From a virus: 64,000 nt of DNA. Location of the stretch: IMG/VR virus record IMGVR_UViG_3300044638_007036, positions 18,096 through 82,095 of that record, one strand, 5' to 3'. The position numbers and the translations under genes are program-made. Under the pieces are notes generated by a model. That model made no database searches and was not told the DNA's origin. It was given only the letters and a program-made list of their open reading frames with translations. Positions 47,558 to 57,409 of the stretch are shown piece after piece. Position 1 is the first letter of the stretch, and the number at the start of each line of letters is the position of its first letter.

Positions 47558-48108
47558 TAACTACCTACTATCCATTGAGTCGTGTTGGCTTTATAGTTTG
47601 GCATTTCAGAGTTTCTAGAACAAAGTGCTTTATCTAAAAATAAAATACGGTATTGAGGATATAAAAGAAAATCCCCAGTTAGGGTTTGAACCGCATGTAA
47701 TTGTTTCCAGTGTGTTGGGTGTCTACTATACCCTTCTCCAACAAAATCCACAGTAAAAAGATATTTTCCAGAAGAGGCTATCTGATCTCCAATTACTTCA
47801 CATTCCGCATATCTCAAACTCTCTATGCAGAAAACTTCAATATCATCACTAACGCAATCCCACATTTGAGAATCTTGTAAGTTTAATTGTTTATTAAAAC
47901 AATCTGCTCTGAATGTTATAGCATTTGCTGGTAGACCTGTAAATAAAGCTCCAGTTTCTAGTAGAACACTAAATTGAAGGGCTTGATTTTGCCTAGCTCT
48001 AACTGATACTAAGTGTCCTTGAGTTTTACCTTCCTGATTAGAATCGTTATCAAATAAAAATTTATTCCAAATATGTACTTCAATAGGAGGTAAATTTTGA
48101 TTTTTCAT
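47557..48108 (-). CDS. Hypothetical phage protein
   Basis: ORF abutting its neighbours. Confidence 0.65.
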   Translation of the reverse strand: MKNQNLPPIEVHIWNKFLFDNDSNQEGKTQGHLVSVRARQNQALQFSVLLETGALFTGLPANAITFRADCFNKQLNLQDSQMWDCVSDDIEVFCIESLRYAECEVIGDQIASSGKYLFTVDFVGEGYSRHPTHWKQLHAVQTLTGDFLLYPQYRILFLDKALCSRNSEMPNYKANTTQWIVGS

Positions 48109-49035
48109 TTAAAATATCCAATTAGGTTTTTTATTGATTATAACAGAAGAATCTAGTATAAATTGAATAGGTTTTTGTTTCATGCTTGGTGCTTCAAATT
48201 GAGAGTCAATAAGAACTTCTTCTAACGTCCCCTGTAAACCTCGAGCACCTAATCCTTTAGCTAATGCGTTTATTGCTAAAAGTTCTATTGCGTCTGGCAT
48301 AACAATTAATTCTATTTTCTCAGTTTCAAACCATTCTCTAAAGGATAATAAAATAGAACCTTTTGATTCTATTAGGATTTTTTTAAAATCTTCGATTGTT
48401 AGCTCTGAAAGTTTTGTAATTATGGAAAATCTTCCAACTAATTCTGGAATCATTCCATATTTAATAATCTCGCTGGTTTCTGAATTTTCAAGTCCTACAA
48501 AAGCCCCAGAAGCTATGAATAGGATATTTTTTGTATTTAATTTTCTATCGTATGATGATCCAGATTGCCCGGAACTATAAGCAACGTCGCTACCCTCTAT
48601 TAGTTTTAGAAGAGCTTGCTGAACCCCCATTCCATTAACATCGTTATCTGTGTTTTTCTTTTTTAATTTATCTATTTCATCTAAATATATAATAGATTTT
48701 TCAGCCCGATCCTCATCTCCTTGGCAGACGTTGACCAATTCCGTTATCATATCCTCTACATTTCTACCCTCATATCCCGAAGCAGTCAATTGTGTACAGT
48801 CAATAGTAATAAAAGGAACGTCGAGTATTTCAGCAAGATTAGAAATCATATAGGTTTTACCACATCCTGTAGGACCTATGATCATTACGTTAGTTTTCTT
48901 AATCTTATCTCCTCGCATTCTTTTAAAATGATTATACCCCGCTACTGATAAATATTTTTTAGCCTGATCATGTCCGATAACATATTCATCTAACTTATTT
49001 TTTATACTTTCCGGAGTTTTTACTGTAGTTTTCAA
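48109..49035 (-). CDS. clpX: ClpX-like AAA+ ATPase lacking the Zn-binding domain and IGF loop
   Basis: 'LDEYVIGHDQAKK.LSVA.YNH', 'GPTGCGKT', 'YLDEIDK', 'GVQQALLKLIEG', 'GMIPELVGRF', 'GARGL'. Confidence 0.9.
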   Translation of the reverse strand: MKTTVKTPESIKNKLDEYVIGHDQAKKYLSVAGYNHFKRMRGDKIKKTNVMIIGPTGCGKTYMISNLAEILDVPFITIDCTQLTASGYEGRNVEDMITELVNVCQGDEDRAEKSIIYLDEIDKLKKKNTDNDVNGMGVQQALLKLIEGSDVAYSSGQSGSSYDRKLNTKNILFIASGAFVGLENSETSEIIKYGMIPELVGRFSIITKLSELTIEDFKKILIESKGSILLSFREWFETEKIELIVMPDAIELLAINALAKGLGARGLQGTLEEVLIDSQFEAPSMKQKPIQFILDSSVIINKKPNWIF

Positions 49036-49226
49036 ATGTAATTATCTTCCTCTATGTCATCTATATATTTTTCCGTAATAGTTGGATATACTCCTAAATC
49101 TTCGTTATCAAGATATAGTTCATCCATGGCTTTTTCTACTTTCGAAATTGCCACATCTTCACTAGAATAAACTCCAACTATCACTGTATTCTCTAAATCT
49201 ACCAAAGAAGCAATATATACTTTCAT
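49032..49226 (-). CDS. Small acidic hypothetical protein
   Basis: 'MKVYI...VGVYSSED.A' pattern. Confidence 0.55.
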   Translation of the reverse strand: MKVYIASLVDLENTVIVGVYSSEDVAISKVEKAMDELYLDNEDLGVYPTITEKYIDDIEEDNYI

Positions 49227-49227
49227 G

Positions 49228-49587
49228 CTATTTCCATAATAGGTTAAATTTTTTATAATAAGCTTGTTCTAATGGTTTTTTTATTTTATAAGCTCCGGTA
49301 ATTCCTCTATTATAGCATAAAACGTACAAGTTATTTTTTGTGTGCTTACATTTTCCCTTTAGTTTACCCAAAGTATGCAGGGCTATAGCTATATTTGTTT
49401 CTGGAATAAATATCCATTTTGGATTATGAAATCTATAGAAATTTCTATTTAGTTGAAATAGACCTCCATCATTTGTTTTTGAGATAGCCGTAGGATTCAT
49501 GCTACTTTCTATTTTTGCCATTTTAAAAGAGATATAAGGATCTATTCCATTTACCATAGAATAAAAAGTTATAAATAAATTAATCAT
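49228..49587 (-). CDS. Lytic transglycosylase (SLT domain)
   Basis: 'AKIESSMNP', 'GLFQL', 'NI', 'YNRG'; ATG 49587 with AGGAG RBS. Confidence 0.8.
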   Translation of the reverse strand: MINLFITFYSMVNGIDPYISFKMAKIESSMNPTAISKTNDGGLFQLNRNFYRFHNPKWIFIPETNIAIALHTLGKLKGKCKHTKNNLYVLCYNRGITGAYKIKKPLEQAYYKKFNLLWK

Positions 49588-49654
49588 AGGACTCCTATTT
49601 TTAGTATATGGGCAATGATCCATATTGCATGGGGATGTACAAAAGGGACAAGTA

Positions 49655-49918
49655 TCAGCAGTCAACATATAAAGTATCCCCATTATATAAAGAATCTACA
49701 AGTTCGTAATTAGATTCCATGAAATATTTTATCTTCTCTTTAAAACTGTCCCCCCAATTAGGAAGTCCTAATTTTCTAACTTGCAAATCATACGGATCTC
49801 TCGCTTTAAAATCATAGTCGTTTTTATATTCTATCCAATATATTACTTCTACTTTTCCAAAATCAATCCAAGTACTTCCGGTTTTTAGTTTAATAATTAA
49901 ATTTTTATTTGCTAACAT
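49655..49918 (-). CDS. Hypothetical protein
   Basis: RBS AGGA. Confidence 0.5.
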   Translation of the reverse strand: MLANKNLIIKLKTGSTWIDFGKVEVIYWIEYKNDYDFKARDPYDLQVRKLGLPNWGDSFKEKIKYFMESNYELVDSLYNGDTLYVDC

Positions 49919-50022
49919 ATTAAAATCCTATAAGCCAAGTGTTAAAATTAATTTTTAAATCTATGTAAAATTTAGAATTATGAAATATAATACAAACTCC
50001 AAACCCCCTAGTATTTTTTGAT

Positions 50023-50349
50023 TTACTTTTTAGTATTTGCATTTAAAATAACCTCCTTATCTATTTCTACAAATCCTTCAGGAATATTACTTGATACTCT
50101 AGGTCCCATATCCATAAGTAAATACGAACTCTCATATTTTATTTTAGAAATAGGAATACCTACGAATATAGTTTTCATATATTTAGTTAGTAATTTCAAT
50201 AATTTAGCATAATCTTTTGGATTTACTGTAAAAGCATTCACATTAATATAATCTATTTGTGAAAATTCGATAGATGATAGAAGTGAGTTTTTATAAAACT
50301 CTTCTACTGGATTCTTATTTTTCCTTATTATTGGGAATTTGATTAGCAT
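50023..50349 (-). CDS. Hypothetical protein
   Basis: ATG 50349 with AGGAG RBS, downstream of a consensus promoter. Confidence 0.6.
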   Translation of the reverse strand: MLIKFPIIRKNKNPVEEFYKNSLLSSIEFSQIDYINVNAFTVNPKDYAKLLKLLTKYMKTIFVGIPISKIKYESSYLLMDMGPRVSSNIPEGFVEIDKEVILNANTKK

Positions 50350-50364
50350 AAATCTCCTAGACAT

Positions 50365-50393
50365 ATTATAACAAATGTACATAGAGGATGCAA
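50365..50393 (-). promoter_or_regulatory. Sigma70-type promoter TTGCAT-17-TATAAT with extended TG, overlapping a + strand late motif
   Basis: + strand attata(50365-70)-N17-atgcaa(50388-93); AACAAATGTACATAG at 50370-50384. Confidence 0.75.
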
Positions 50394-50395
50394 AT

Positions 50396-50596
50396 ATGAC
50401 TTGTAAATCATGTAAACAGGACGTAACAAAAGAACCTGTAGTGAGAAAAGATGTTACTAGATTTGTTGACCATAATGGCAAGTTATGGAATGGAAAGCAG
50501 TGTCCTGACTGTTATAGATCTTATAACAGAGAAAGAATGCGTCTAAAAAGAAGAGAAACTAAAGATATTAAACTTGAAAATAATTTAAAGATTTGA
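50396..50596 (+). CDS. Small basic Zn-finger protein, lone + strand gene
   Basis: CKSC...CPDC; ATG 50396 after GAGG; late motif directly upstream. Confidence 0.65.
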   Translation: MTCKSCKQDVTKEPVVRKDVTRFVDHNGKLWNGKQCPDCYRSYNRERMRLKRRETKDIKLENNLKI

Positions 50597-50842
50597 TATC
50601 CACGAAATATATAGTCTACATTCGTGTTCTAATGATTTGAATTCTGTAATCCTTGAATAGAATTTTTTTTTATCTAATGCTTTTATAAATTTTTTAACAG
50701 AAGATTTTTCTACAAAAACTTCCATATCGGACATTCCTATTTTTGCATGCAATTCTATTAGTTGAGCAATATCTTCAATAGAAGTGTAAACTGTTTGTTC
50801 CGCTTCTCTAGTAATTTCAATTGCCTTTTTTTTACTCATCAT
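50585..50842 (-). CDS. Hypothetical protein
   Basis: ATGA overlap with the upstream gene. Confidence 0.55.
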   Translation of the reverse strand: MMSKKKAIEITREAEQTVYTSIEDIAQLIELHAKIGMSDMEVFVEKSSVKKFIKALDKKKFYSRITEFKSLEHECRLYISWISNL

Positions 50843-50999
50843 TTATAGATTTCCAATTTTTTAAAAGAGCATTTGTATTTATTTAAATTCCTCTTATTTA
50901 GATAGCTTTTACCTATTGTATCACAGTTTCTTTTATAATAGAATTTGTAATCATAAGTAAAAGCTTTACCGTTCAAAAATAATGTAAGTATCCAAACTT

Positions 51000-52853
51000 T
51001 CATATACTTAACTCGCACAGACCTCCGGAACAAGCAATTTGATCTATTCTATTGGTAGTATCTGTTACTTCTAGTATTTTACTTAAATCTATTTCTTTTA
51101 CCATGTTGTCATATTTTTCAAACATTTGCTTTGTACAATCTTCGAAAGGTGCTTGTTGATAAATAGCATCCGAAAAAGGTAGTAAACTTACTGCTGCATA
51201 CTCAAATCGATCATTCCATAACTTATTAAAAAGTAAATCAACTTCTTCGGGTTTATAGTTAATTGTACAACTGATATTATGAGTGTTAACTCCTTCTCGA
51301 TGACCCGGTACTACCCAATTATTATAATAGTGTTTTACTCTGTCAAAAAGAACTAATGCACTTTCTTGATGCCTAGTTATTGCCCCTTCTGGAGATTTTT
51401 GAGGAATTGTAACTACTACTCCATTTGCAGAAAAAATATCAGGTTCTACTAGTTCTGGAATTACTCTTAAAAGATATCTAGCAAGTTCATCGTCTTTGTT
51501 CATTCTTACTCGTCGGAGATAATACTCTGAATGTCTAGCGTGAATTCCTGAACTGGACCCGAGTACGCAACTAGCTGTTCCTTCTGGCTTAATAGCTGTG
51601 GTTCTATTTGCGACATTAATTCCAATTTTTTTTGCGTATTTTTCATTAACTTCAAGGACAAGTTTCGCAGCTCGTTGTAGAGAATCACTGGACAAACTTG
51701 TTGCATCTGCAATTCCAGTAAAAGAGCATCCAATAAGTGCTTCTGATTCAGTGACGGTTTTCCATTTTTCACTGAGGTATGGAAAATCTGTAAATCCTGC
51801 TTGTAAGGTTCCAAGCAATGAGGCGGCATATACTCTATTTTCGAAGTCTTTTTCATTTTTAATTCCAGTTAAATTGGTTGTTGTTAAATTGCAGAATTGA
51901 TTTGATTGAAGACCAATTTCCGCACAGGGATTAGTTCCCCATTCAATATTATTTGTCCAAAAAAATCCGGGTTCTCCAGCATTACTTGCAATACACATGT
52001 CATATACATTTTTAAATTCTTCAAAAGTAGTTTCAGTTCTTGGTAAAACTGCTGAATTATTTGCCCTCGCTCGATGTGGATGTTTTTCCCACCAAGATCC
52101 ATGTTTAGAAGATAGCATTTCCGTATCATTTCTGTCAAATAAACAGATTAAAGCAGCTCTACGAATTCCTCCAGATAGTACGCAATCTGCTATCAGGCAT
52201 AGAATGTCATGGACCTGTAAAGGAGATAATTTTTTTCCTAAATTAAGTTTTAGGATAGATTCTACTTTTATTAACATTTGCCGTAGAGGTTCAGGTCCCG
52301 GGGCTTTCGCTCCAGTTGTTACTAAATAAGATCCTTTGTCTCTAATTTTAGAAAAGTCAAAAATAGGTCTAATTGATCCGAAAAAATAAGCAGACGTAAG
52401 TTGGTTTAATGCTTCTGCCCATCCTTCTATAGAATCATGAACTACGTAAATACCTTCTTCTTTAGGTACTCTTAGACTCGGTAGTTGATTTATGTGATGT
52501 TTTTGTACTGAGTATCCGAATCCTGTTCCAGAGAGCAATAAGAATAAAGCTTCTGCAAAAATTCTCGGGTAAGTAATATTAGCGAAAGAACAATTAAATA
52601 ATCTCACATTATTTTTTAAGATAGCTTCTCCTCCAAATTGGAGAGATCTCATAGAAGGCATAACATTAAAGTCATGTACTTGTTTAAATGCTTTGATAAT
52701 ATCCCTGCTAAGTTTTGGATATTTTTCTAAGTACATTGATAAATTTCTATTTATAGTTTCTTCTAAAGTTTCTCGTCTATTATGCGAATTTAAATGTTTT
52801 GAGTAAGTTCTATAGGCTACGATCTCGCTTAACAAACGATTTGATTTGTTCAT
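51000..52853 (-). CDS. nrdJ: Class II (B12-dependent) ribonucleotide reductase
   Basis: 'PSMRSL', 'FNCSF', 'GTNPCAEI', 'FCNL', 'IKPEGT', C-terminal 'ACSGGLCEL'; no small subunit nearby. Confidence 0.93.
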   Translation of the reverse strand: MNKSNRLLSEIVAYRTYSKHLNSHNRRETLEETINRNLSMYLEKYPKLSRDIIKAFKQVHDFNVMPSMRSLQFGGEAILKNNVRLFNCSFANITYPRIFAEALFLLLSGTGFGYSVQKHHINQLPSLRVPKEEGIYVVHDSIEGWAEALNQLTSAYFFGSIRPIFDFSKIRDKGSYLVTTGAKAPGPEPLRQMLIKVESILKLNLGKKLSPLQVHDILCLIADCVLSGGIRRAALICLFDRNDTEMLSSKHGSWWEKHPHRARANNSAVLPRTETTFEEFKNVYDMCIASNAGEPGFFWTNNIEWGTNPCAEIGLQSNQFCNLTTTNLTGIKNEKDFENRVYAASLLGTLQAGFTDFPYLSEKWKTVTESEALIGCSFTGIADATSLSSDSLQRAAKLVLEVNEKYAKKIGINVANRTTAIKPEGTASCVLGSSSGIHARHSEYYLRRVRMNKDDELARYLLRVIPELVEPDIFSANGVVVTIPQKSPEGAITRHQESALVLFDRVKHYYNNWVVPGHREGVNTHNISCTINYKPEEVDLLFNKLWNDRFEYAAVSLLPFSDAIYQQAPFEDCTKQMFEKYDNMVKEIDLSKILEVTDTTNRIDQIACSGGLCELSI

Positions 52854-52870
52854 CTACTCTCCTGTTGAAT

Positions 52871-53899
52871 TTAGGCTAACCGGATTTCTTTAGTTTTTCC
52901 AAAATGTTTTTTAAGCATTTTATTTTTATCTTCTATGATTTTAACACATTCTTTGAAAGTTTTTTCAGTTTTTTTATGAGCAAAACAAATTTCTCTAATA
53001 TCTACGATAGGCATATTTTCAGTAAGGGTTAGTTCTTCTTCTGATGCTTCTCTTTTTAAATAAAGATTAATTAGTTTTTTTCTTGCTACTACATTAGGAT
53101 ATTCTACTTTTACAAAAATATCAATTCTACCATTTCTGACAATATTTTCAGGAATAGATTCTGGATAGTTAGTAGATAAGAAATATATCGTATTAGATAA
53201 GGATTTTGAACCGTCTAAAAAATCTAACATCTCACGTATGTCATCGGATGATTCTAAAAGAGATACGGCTTCTTCAAAAACCACAATCTTTAACTTGTCT
53301 TTTGTAGAAGTTTCTAGTTTTTCTAAAAATTTACGAGAAGGAACTCCGTCCATAAAAATTACGATAGCATCTTTTTTACGAATAAACTCTCTCATATAAC
53401 TAGTTTTCCCACTTCCCGGAGGACCAAATAATAGTACTCCAAGTTTATAAGCAGAACAAGAATCTGTATACAATTGTTTGTTTTTTACAAATTGATCAAT
53501 TCCTTCATCCAAGTCTTTTAAGCTATCCATCAATTCTACATATTTATCTTCTCTAATTACCATTGGAGAAATTCTTTCTGGAACAGATGCGCTACCAAAT
53601 TCATGATAATAAATGCCATTTGGTAAAATTTGTGGTTCTGTTTGTGGAGTAGCTTTTTCGTATACTTCTACTAAGTTATTAGTAATTACTTCGTATGATT
53701 TTTCTGGATTTAAACTTTTAGCCATTTCCTGAGGAGTTTCGTAAAAACAAAGTTCATGTTTACTCTTAGTAAATGGACTAAGATAAAATCCAGTAGGTGT
53801 GTTAAATTTATACCAAACAAGTTCTAGTTCAGAAGTAGTGTTTTTTGAGTCTTCGTTTGCATTTTCTTCTTTTAGAATCTTATTTAGATTTAAAATCAT
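52871..53899 (-). CDS. AAA+ ATPase
   Basis: 'GVLLFGPPGSGKTS', 'VVFEEA', 'STNYPE', 'RNGRID'. Confidence 0.88.
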   Translation of the reverse strand: MILNLNKILKEENANEDSKNTTSELELVWYKFNTPTGFYLSPFTKSKHELCFYETPQEMAKSLNPEKSYEVITNNLVEVYEKATPQTEPQILPNGIYYHEFGSASVPERISPMVIREDKYVELMDSLKDLDEGIDQFVKNKQLYTDSCSAYKLGVLLFGPPGSGKTSYMREFIRKKDAIVIFMDGVPSRKFLEKLETSTKDKLKIVVFEEAVSLLESSDDIREMLDFLDGSKSLSNTIYFLSTNYPESIPENIVRNGRIDIFVKVEYPNVVARKKLINLYLKREASEEELTLTENMPIVDIREICFAHKKTEKTFKECVKIIEDKNKMLKKHFGKTKEIRLA

Positions 53900-54273
53900 A
53901 CAGGATTGCTCCTAATTTTCTCTTGAAGTTGCGTTGCTACTTTTTCAATTTCATCTCGTGCTATAGTAGTTTTAGTTTTTAGGTCTTCTACCTCTTCTTT
54001 AGATCTCTCCGTATCTTTTTCTAAAAAAGAAAGTGCATTATCTAAAGATCTCCTGACAATTTCGCAGAATTCAAATACCGTTTCCGCTTCCCCTCTATTT
54101 AAAGCAACATAATTTGCATTGGTTGGTTTTATCTTTTCATAGAGATCGTTAAAAGCTATGGCTAATTCTTGATCTTTTCCATTTACTGCGTTATTTTCAG
54201 AGGCTTTTAAAATTTCTAAAAGATAATTGCGTTGATTGTCATTCAAATATAATTTCATTCGTAGATTCTCCAT
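53896..54273 (-). CDS. Hypothetical helical protein
   Basis: ORF overlapping its neighbours. Confidence 0.6.
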   Translation of the reverse strand: MENLRMKLYLNDNQRNYLLEILKASENNAVNGKDQELAIAFNDLYEKIKPTNANYVALNRGEAETVFEFCEIVRRSLDNALSFLEKDTERSKEEVEDLKTKTTIARDEIEKVATQLQEKIRSNPV

Positions 54274-54517
54274 TTTCTTTTTTGTTTAATCTCTCATATG
54301 CTTCATTTGATAATCTTAGTCTAATCGACAAGCCGTTATCTTGTATTGATAAATAAAAAACGCCCACCCCTGCCCAAAAGAATCGTTGTTCTTTTTTTAA
54401 GATTTCCACCATCTCATACCCAGTTACCTTAAGTATAGCATCTATATCGTAAACTCCCAAACCTGTTTTTTTGGCAATTTTTTTAGCAATTCGATTCATT
54501 TTTGGAAGTTTTTCCAT
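54239..54517 (-). CDS. HU/IHF-like DNA-binding protein (shortened arm)
   Basis: 'IAKKIAKKTGL...DIDAIL...L', 'AGVGVF', 'IRLRLS...ERLN'. Confidence 0.6.
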   Translation of the reverse strand: MEKLPKMNRIAKKIAKKTGLGVYDIDAILKVTGYEMVEILKKEQRFFWAGVGVFYLSIQDNGLSIRLRLSNEAYERLNKKENGESTNEIIFE

Positions 54518-54927
54518 TAGTATATCCAATGCCTTTTTCCTGTTGACTTTATTGGTCTAGTATCTACGTGCACAAATCCCTTTTTTCTACCGTCTCCAAC
54601 ATTATTAAATTTATTAAAACAAATCTCATACAGTAAATCTAAATCATCTAAAGTTTTTCTTGAAGGAGAAGGATCTGCAGCTAGTCCTTTCATGTGAGAA
54701 CTATTTTCCTTTCCTCCTATTTTTTTATTATGAGCAGGACATCTGTATCCAGAGTTTATTACTATACCACTACCATATTCTACTCTAACTTCTTCTAATT
54801 TGTTTACTAATTCCTCATCAATAAACTGATCCTTATCATTACAAGCCTTACAAGGACACTCAAATTCCGAAGAATTGAAGTGATCTGTCAATTGCTTGTT
54901 TTCTCCTTTTTTGAATGTTATAATCAT
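54517..54927 (-). CDS. Peptidase M15A-family endolysin
   Basis: 'HFNSSEFECPC', 'INSGYRCPAHN', 'SSHMKGLAAD', 'FVHVDTR'. Confidence 0.9.
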   Translation of the reverse strand: MIITFKKGENKQLTDHFNSSEFECPCKACNDKDQFIDEELVNKLEEVRVEYGSGIVINSGYRCPAHNKKIGGKENSSHMKGLAADPSPSRKTLDDLDLLYEICFNKFNNVGDGRKKGFVHVDTRPIKSTGKRHWIY

Positions 54928-54942
54928 AAAACACCTCTTTCG

Positions 54943-54952
54943 TATATTTGTT
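54943..54952 (-). promoter_or_regulatory. Putative late-promoter motif AACAAATATA (minus strand)
   Basis: + strand tatatttgtt, directly upstream of the endolysin RBS GAGG. Confidence 0.65.
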
Positions 54953-55192
54953 TATTTATTATGCAAAAGAAGCATTGCGTCACCAATAATTTTAATTATT
55001 TAGTAATATTTTTATGTCAAACTCGTATAAATTTAAATTATACTATTATGCGTATCGTATACAATCGAGAGTACTTTTCTATACGTTTCGCAGCTCGCTT
55101 CAGGCTCGCTGCGTAAAATTGCGTGTACTATATAGTAATATTATACATGCTTTTTTTAAAAAACACCAAATAATATTTTTATGTGCTATAAT

Positions 55193-55202
55193 AACAAATA
55201 TA
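55193..55202 (+). promoter_or_regulatory. Putative late-promoter motif AACAAATATA
   Basis: Heads the terminase operon; preceded by TGTGCTATAAT. Confidence 0.6.
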
Positions 55203-55291
55203 TTATGAGACAAAGTAAGTTCGAGTGTTCCACTTGGAATAAATGTACACAAGCGATTAACACAATGTCTCTTTTAACATAGGTAAAAAAA

Positions 55292-55576
55292 ATGAAAAGT
55301 TATGATTTTGTATTCATACTAGTATGTCTTTTTGTCCTAAGAATTGTATTCTTTTCAGCATCTTACGCTGATGCTGCATGTTTATTTTCCGTATTTGCTT
55401 TTTTGACAGCTAATGAAATTCTAAAAGTTAAGAAAATTTCTAACCAAGTTCTAGAAAAAGTCACAAAAAATGAAGACACTACAAATGCTAGAATTGTAGA
55501 ACTTAGTAACGAAATGGTGAAAATCAGAAATGCAGCCGAAGGTATTAAAGCTGCAGTTAACTTTGTTAAAAAATAA
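55292..55576 (+). CDS. Two-TM + coiled-coil membrane protein (holin candidate)
   Basis: Hydrophobic N-terminal half; divergent from the endolysin. Confidence 0.5.
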   Translation: MKSYDFVFILVCLFVLRIVFFSASYADAACLFSVFAFLTANEILKVKKISNQVLEKVTKNEDTTNARIVELSNEMVKIRNAAEGIKAAVNFVKK

Positions 55577-55578
55577 TT

Positions 55579-55995
55579 ATGAAATTATTATCAGCCGATG
55601 AAGTTAGAGATATTCTAAGTCAGAATGAAGAATTGAAAAAATATTCTGAAAAATTAACTACTCTTAACACTAAACTTCAAAAAGAATTAGAACAAACAAA
55701 AGATAAGTTAGCTCATTTGGAAGAAATAGCTAAGTTTTCTCAAAATCCTATCGCAGTTGGATCTAATGAAGAGGAATTGTGTAAGCTTGAAATAAATAGA
55801 CTGTATCAATCAGCAAAAACCGGACCATTAGAATTTACTGAAGTTAAAGCTTTTGAAATATATGTGAAATCTTTAATGTTAATTAAAGGCAAGTCCGTAA
55901 CTGAAGAAAAAAAGAATAAAAAAGAGCAAAGTTTAAGCCACGATCAGTTATTGCAACTTGCTTTACAGGTCGTAGATGATTCAAACGAACAATAA
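55579..55995 (+). CDS. Coiled-coil protein, possible terminase small subunit
   Basis: Overlaps the start of TerL; positional inference. Confidence 0.45.
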   Translation: MKLLSADEVRDILSQNEELKKYSEKLTTLNTKLQKELEQTKDKLAHLEEIAKFSQNPIAVGSNEEELCKLEINRLYQSAKTGPLEFTEVKAFEIYVKSLMLIKGKSVTEEKKNKKEQSLSHDQLLQLALQVVDDSNEQ

Positions 55996-57409
55996 TACAC
56001 TACAAATAACTCCGCAGCAAGCTAGAGAAATCCTTTGGAGAAAAGGAAAAGTAGCTGATTTTCTATTAGATAGTAATCAAAAAATCCTTAGAGATCAATT
56101 AAAATCTACAAAAAGAAAAACCCACGTAGCCTTGTTTTCTCGACAATCTGGTAAGAGTTATGGAGCTTTAGGGATTGCCACAGAAGAATTGCTTACAAGA
56201 AAAAACATTACAATATGTTATGTAGCTCCTCGTCTTAAGCAAGGCAAGAAAATTGTAAAATCCACTTTTGATGAAATATTTAAATCATGTCCTCAGGATA
56301 TAAAACCCAAATTTGACAGAGATTCGTCTACTTATGTATTTCCGTCAACTAAAAGTAAACTAGAATTATATGGATTTAACGCAGAAGAAATAGAATCAGC
56401 AAGGGGACCTAAAGCTCATATGATTATTGTAGATGAGTGTGGGTTTATGAATGATTTAAAATATGGTCTAAAGTCCGTTCTGTACCCGAAGTTAAACTCA
56501 ACAAAGGGATCAATGTTGTTGATTTCAACTTTGCCAAGATCTCAAGGTCATGAGTTTTGGTCTATAGTAAAAGAAGCGGAGTATAAAGAAACTCTTTTAA
56601 ATAGAAATATATATCAATGCCCTAGATATACACAGGAAGATATTGATGGTTTTGCTGAAGAAGTTGGGGGATATGATTCTGTAGATTTTAAAAGAGAGTA
56701 CTTAAATATAATGATAACTGACGAAGATCATGCAGTTATTCCCGAAGCTAATGATGAAATTCTTGCTAAAATAGTAAAGCAGTATAGTAGACCAGCATAC
56801 TATGATTGTTATGTTTCAATGGATATTGGGGTTAAGGACTTAACTGGTGTATTATATGCTTATTATGATTTTATTACAGGAAAAGTTGTGATAGAAGACG
56901 AAGCTACTTTTAAAGGAAAAAGTTTTACTACAGCGAATTTAGCAGCTTCCATAAAGAAAACGGAAGAATCGTTGTGGAATTTAAAAAAACCTTTTTTAAG
57001 AGTTTCTGATAATAACAACTTGATTTTATTAAATGATTTAAGTATTGACTATGGGATTACTTTTATTCCTACGGCAAAAGATAATAAACATGCTTGGTTA
57101 AACCAGATAAGAATTTTAATAGCAGAAGAGCGTATTGTTATTAATCCTAAGTGTAAGCAGTTGATTTTTCATTTAAAAAATGCAACTTGGAATAAAAATA
57201 AAACAGATTACGAGCGATCTCTAGATGGAGGTCACTATGATTTGATTGATGCGCTGGCATATTTGATACGTAACATAGCGTTTACACGTAATCCATATCC
57301 TAAAGGCTATGGTATGACTTATGGCGATTCGGCATTTAGATTAGGCGAAAGTGGAAAATCTAGATTTGAAGAACATTTACTTAATATGTTTAGTTATAAA
57401 AAGAATTAA
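55976..57409 (+). CDS. terL: Terminase large subunit
   Basis: Walker A 'SRQSGKS', Walker B 'IIVDECG', 'ISTL', nuclease 'SMDIG', 'HYDLIDALAY'. Confidence 0.93.
   Translation: MIQTNNNTLQITPQQAREILWRKGKVADFLLDSNQKILRDQLKSTKRKTHVALFSRQSGKSYGALGIATEELLTRKNITICYVAPRLKQGKKIVKSTFDEIFKSCPQDIKPKFDRDSSTYVFPSTKSKLELYGFNAEEIESARGPKAHMIIVDECGFMNDLKYGLKSVLYPKLNSTKGSMLLISTLPRSQGHEFWSIVKEAEYKETLLNRNIYQCPRYTQEDIDGFAEEVGGYDSVDFKREYLNIMITDEDHAVIPEANDEILAKIVKQYSRPAYYDCYVSMDIGVKDLTGVLYAYYDFITGKVVIEDEATFKGKSFTTANLAASIKKTEESLWNLKKPFLRVSDNNNLILLNDLSIDYGITFIPTAKDNKHAWLNQIRILIAEERIVINPKCKQLIFHLKNATWNKNKTDYERSLDGGHYDLIDALAYLIRNIAFTRNPYPKGYGMTYGDSAFRLGESGKSRFEEHLLNMFSYKKN

Noticed and set aside
14748-52329. Plus-strand or off-frame ORFs within the minus-strand blocks (e.g. 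14748, 16719, 19202, 23720, 24531, 25529, 26944, 27181, 30907, 33997, 34107, 35878, 48650, 51506, 51598, 51884, 51997)
   Set aside because: Overlap confidently identified genes; Ser/Phe/Leu-rich shadow composition
54880-55208. Short + strand ORFs 54880 and 55014
   Set aside because: Lie in the divergent regulatory gap upstream of the late motif, without RBS
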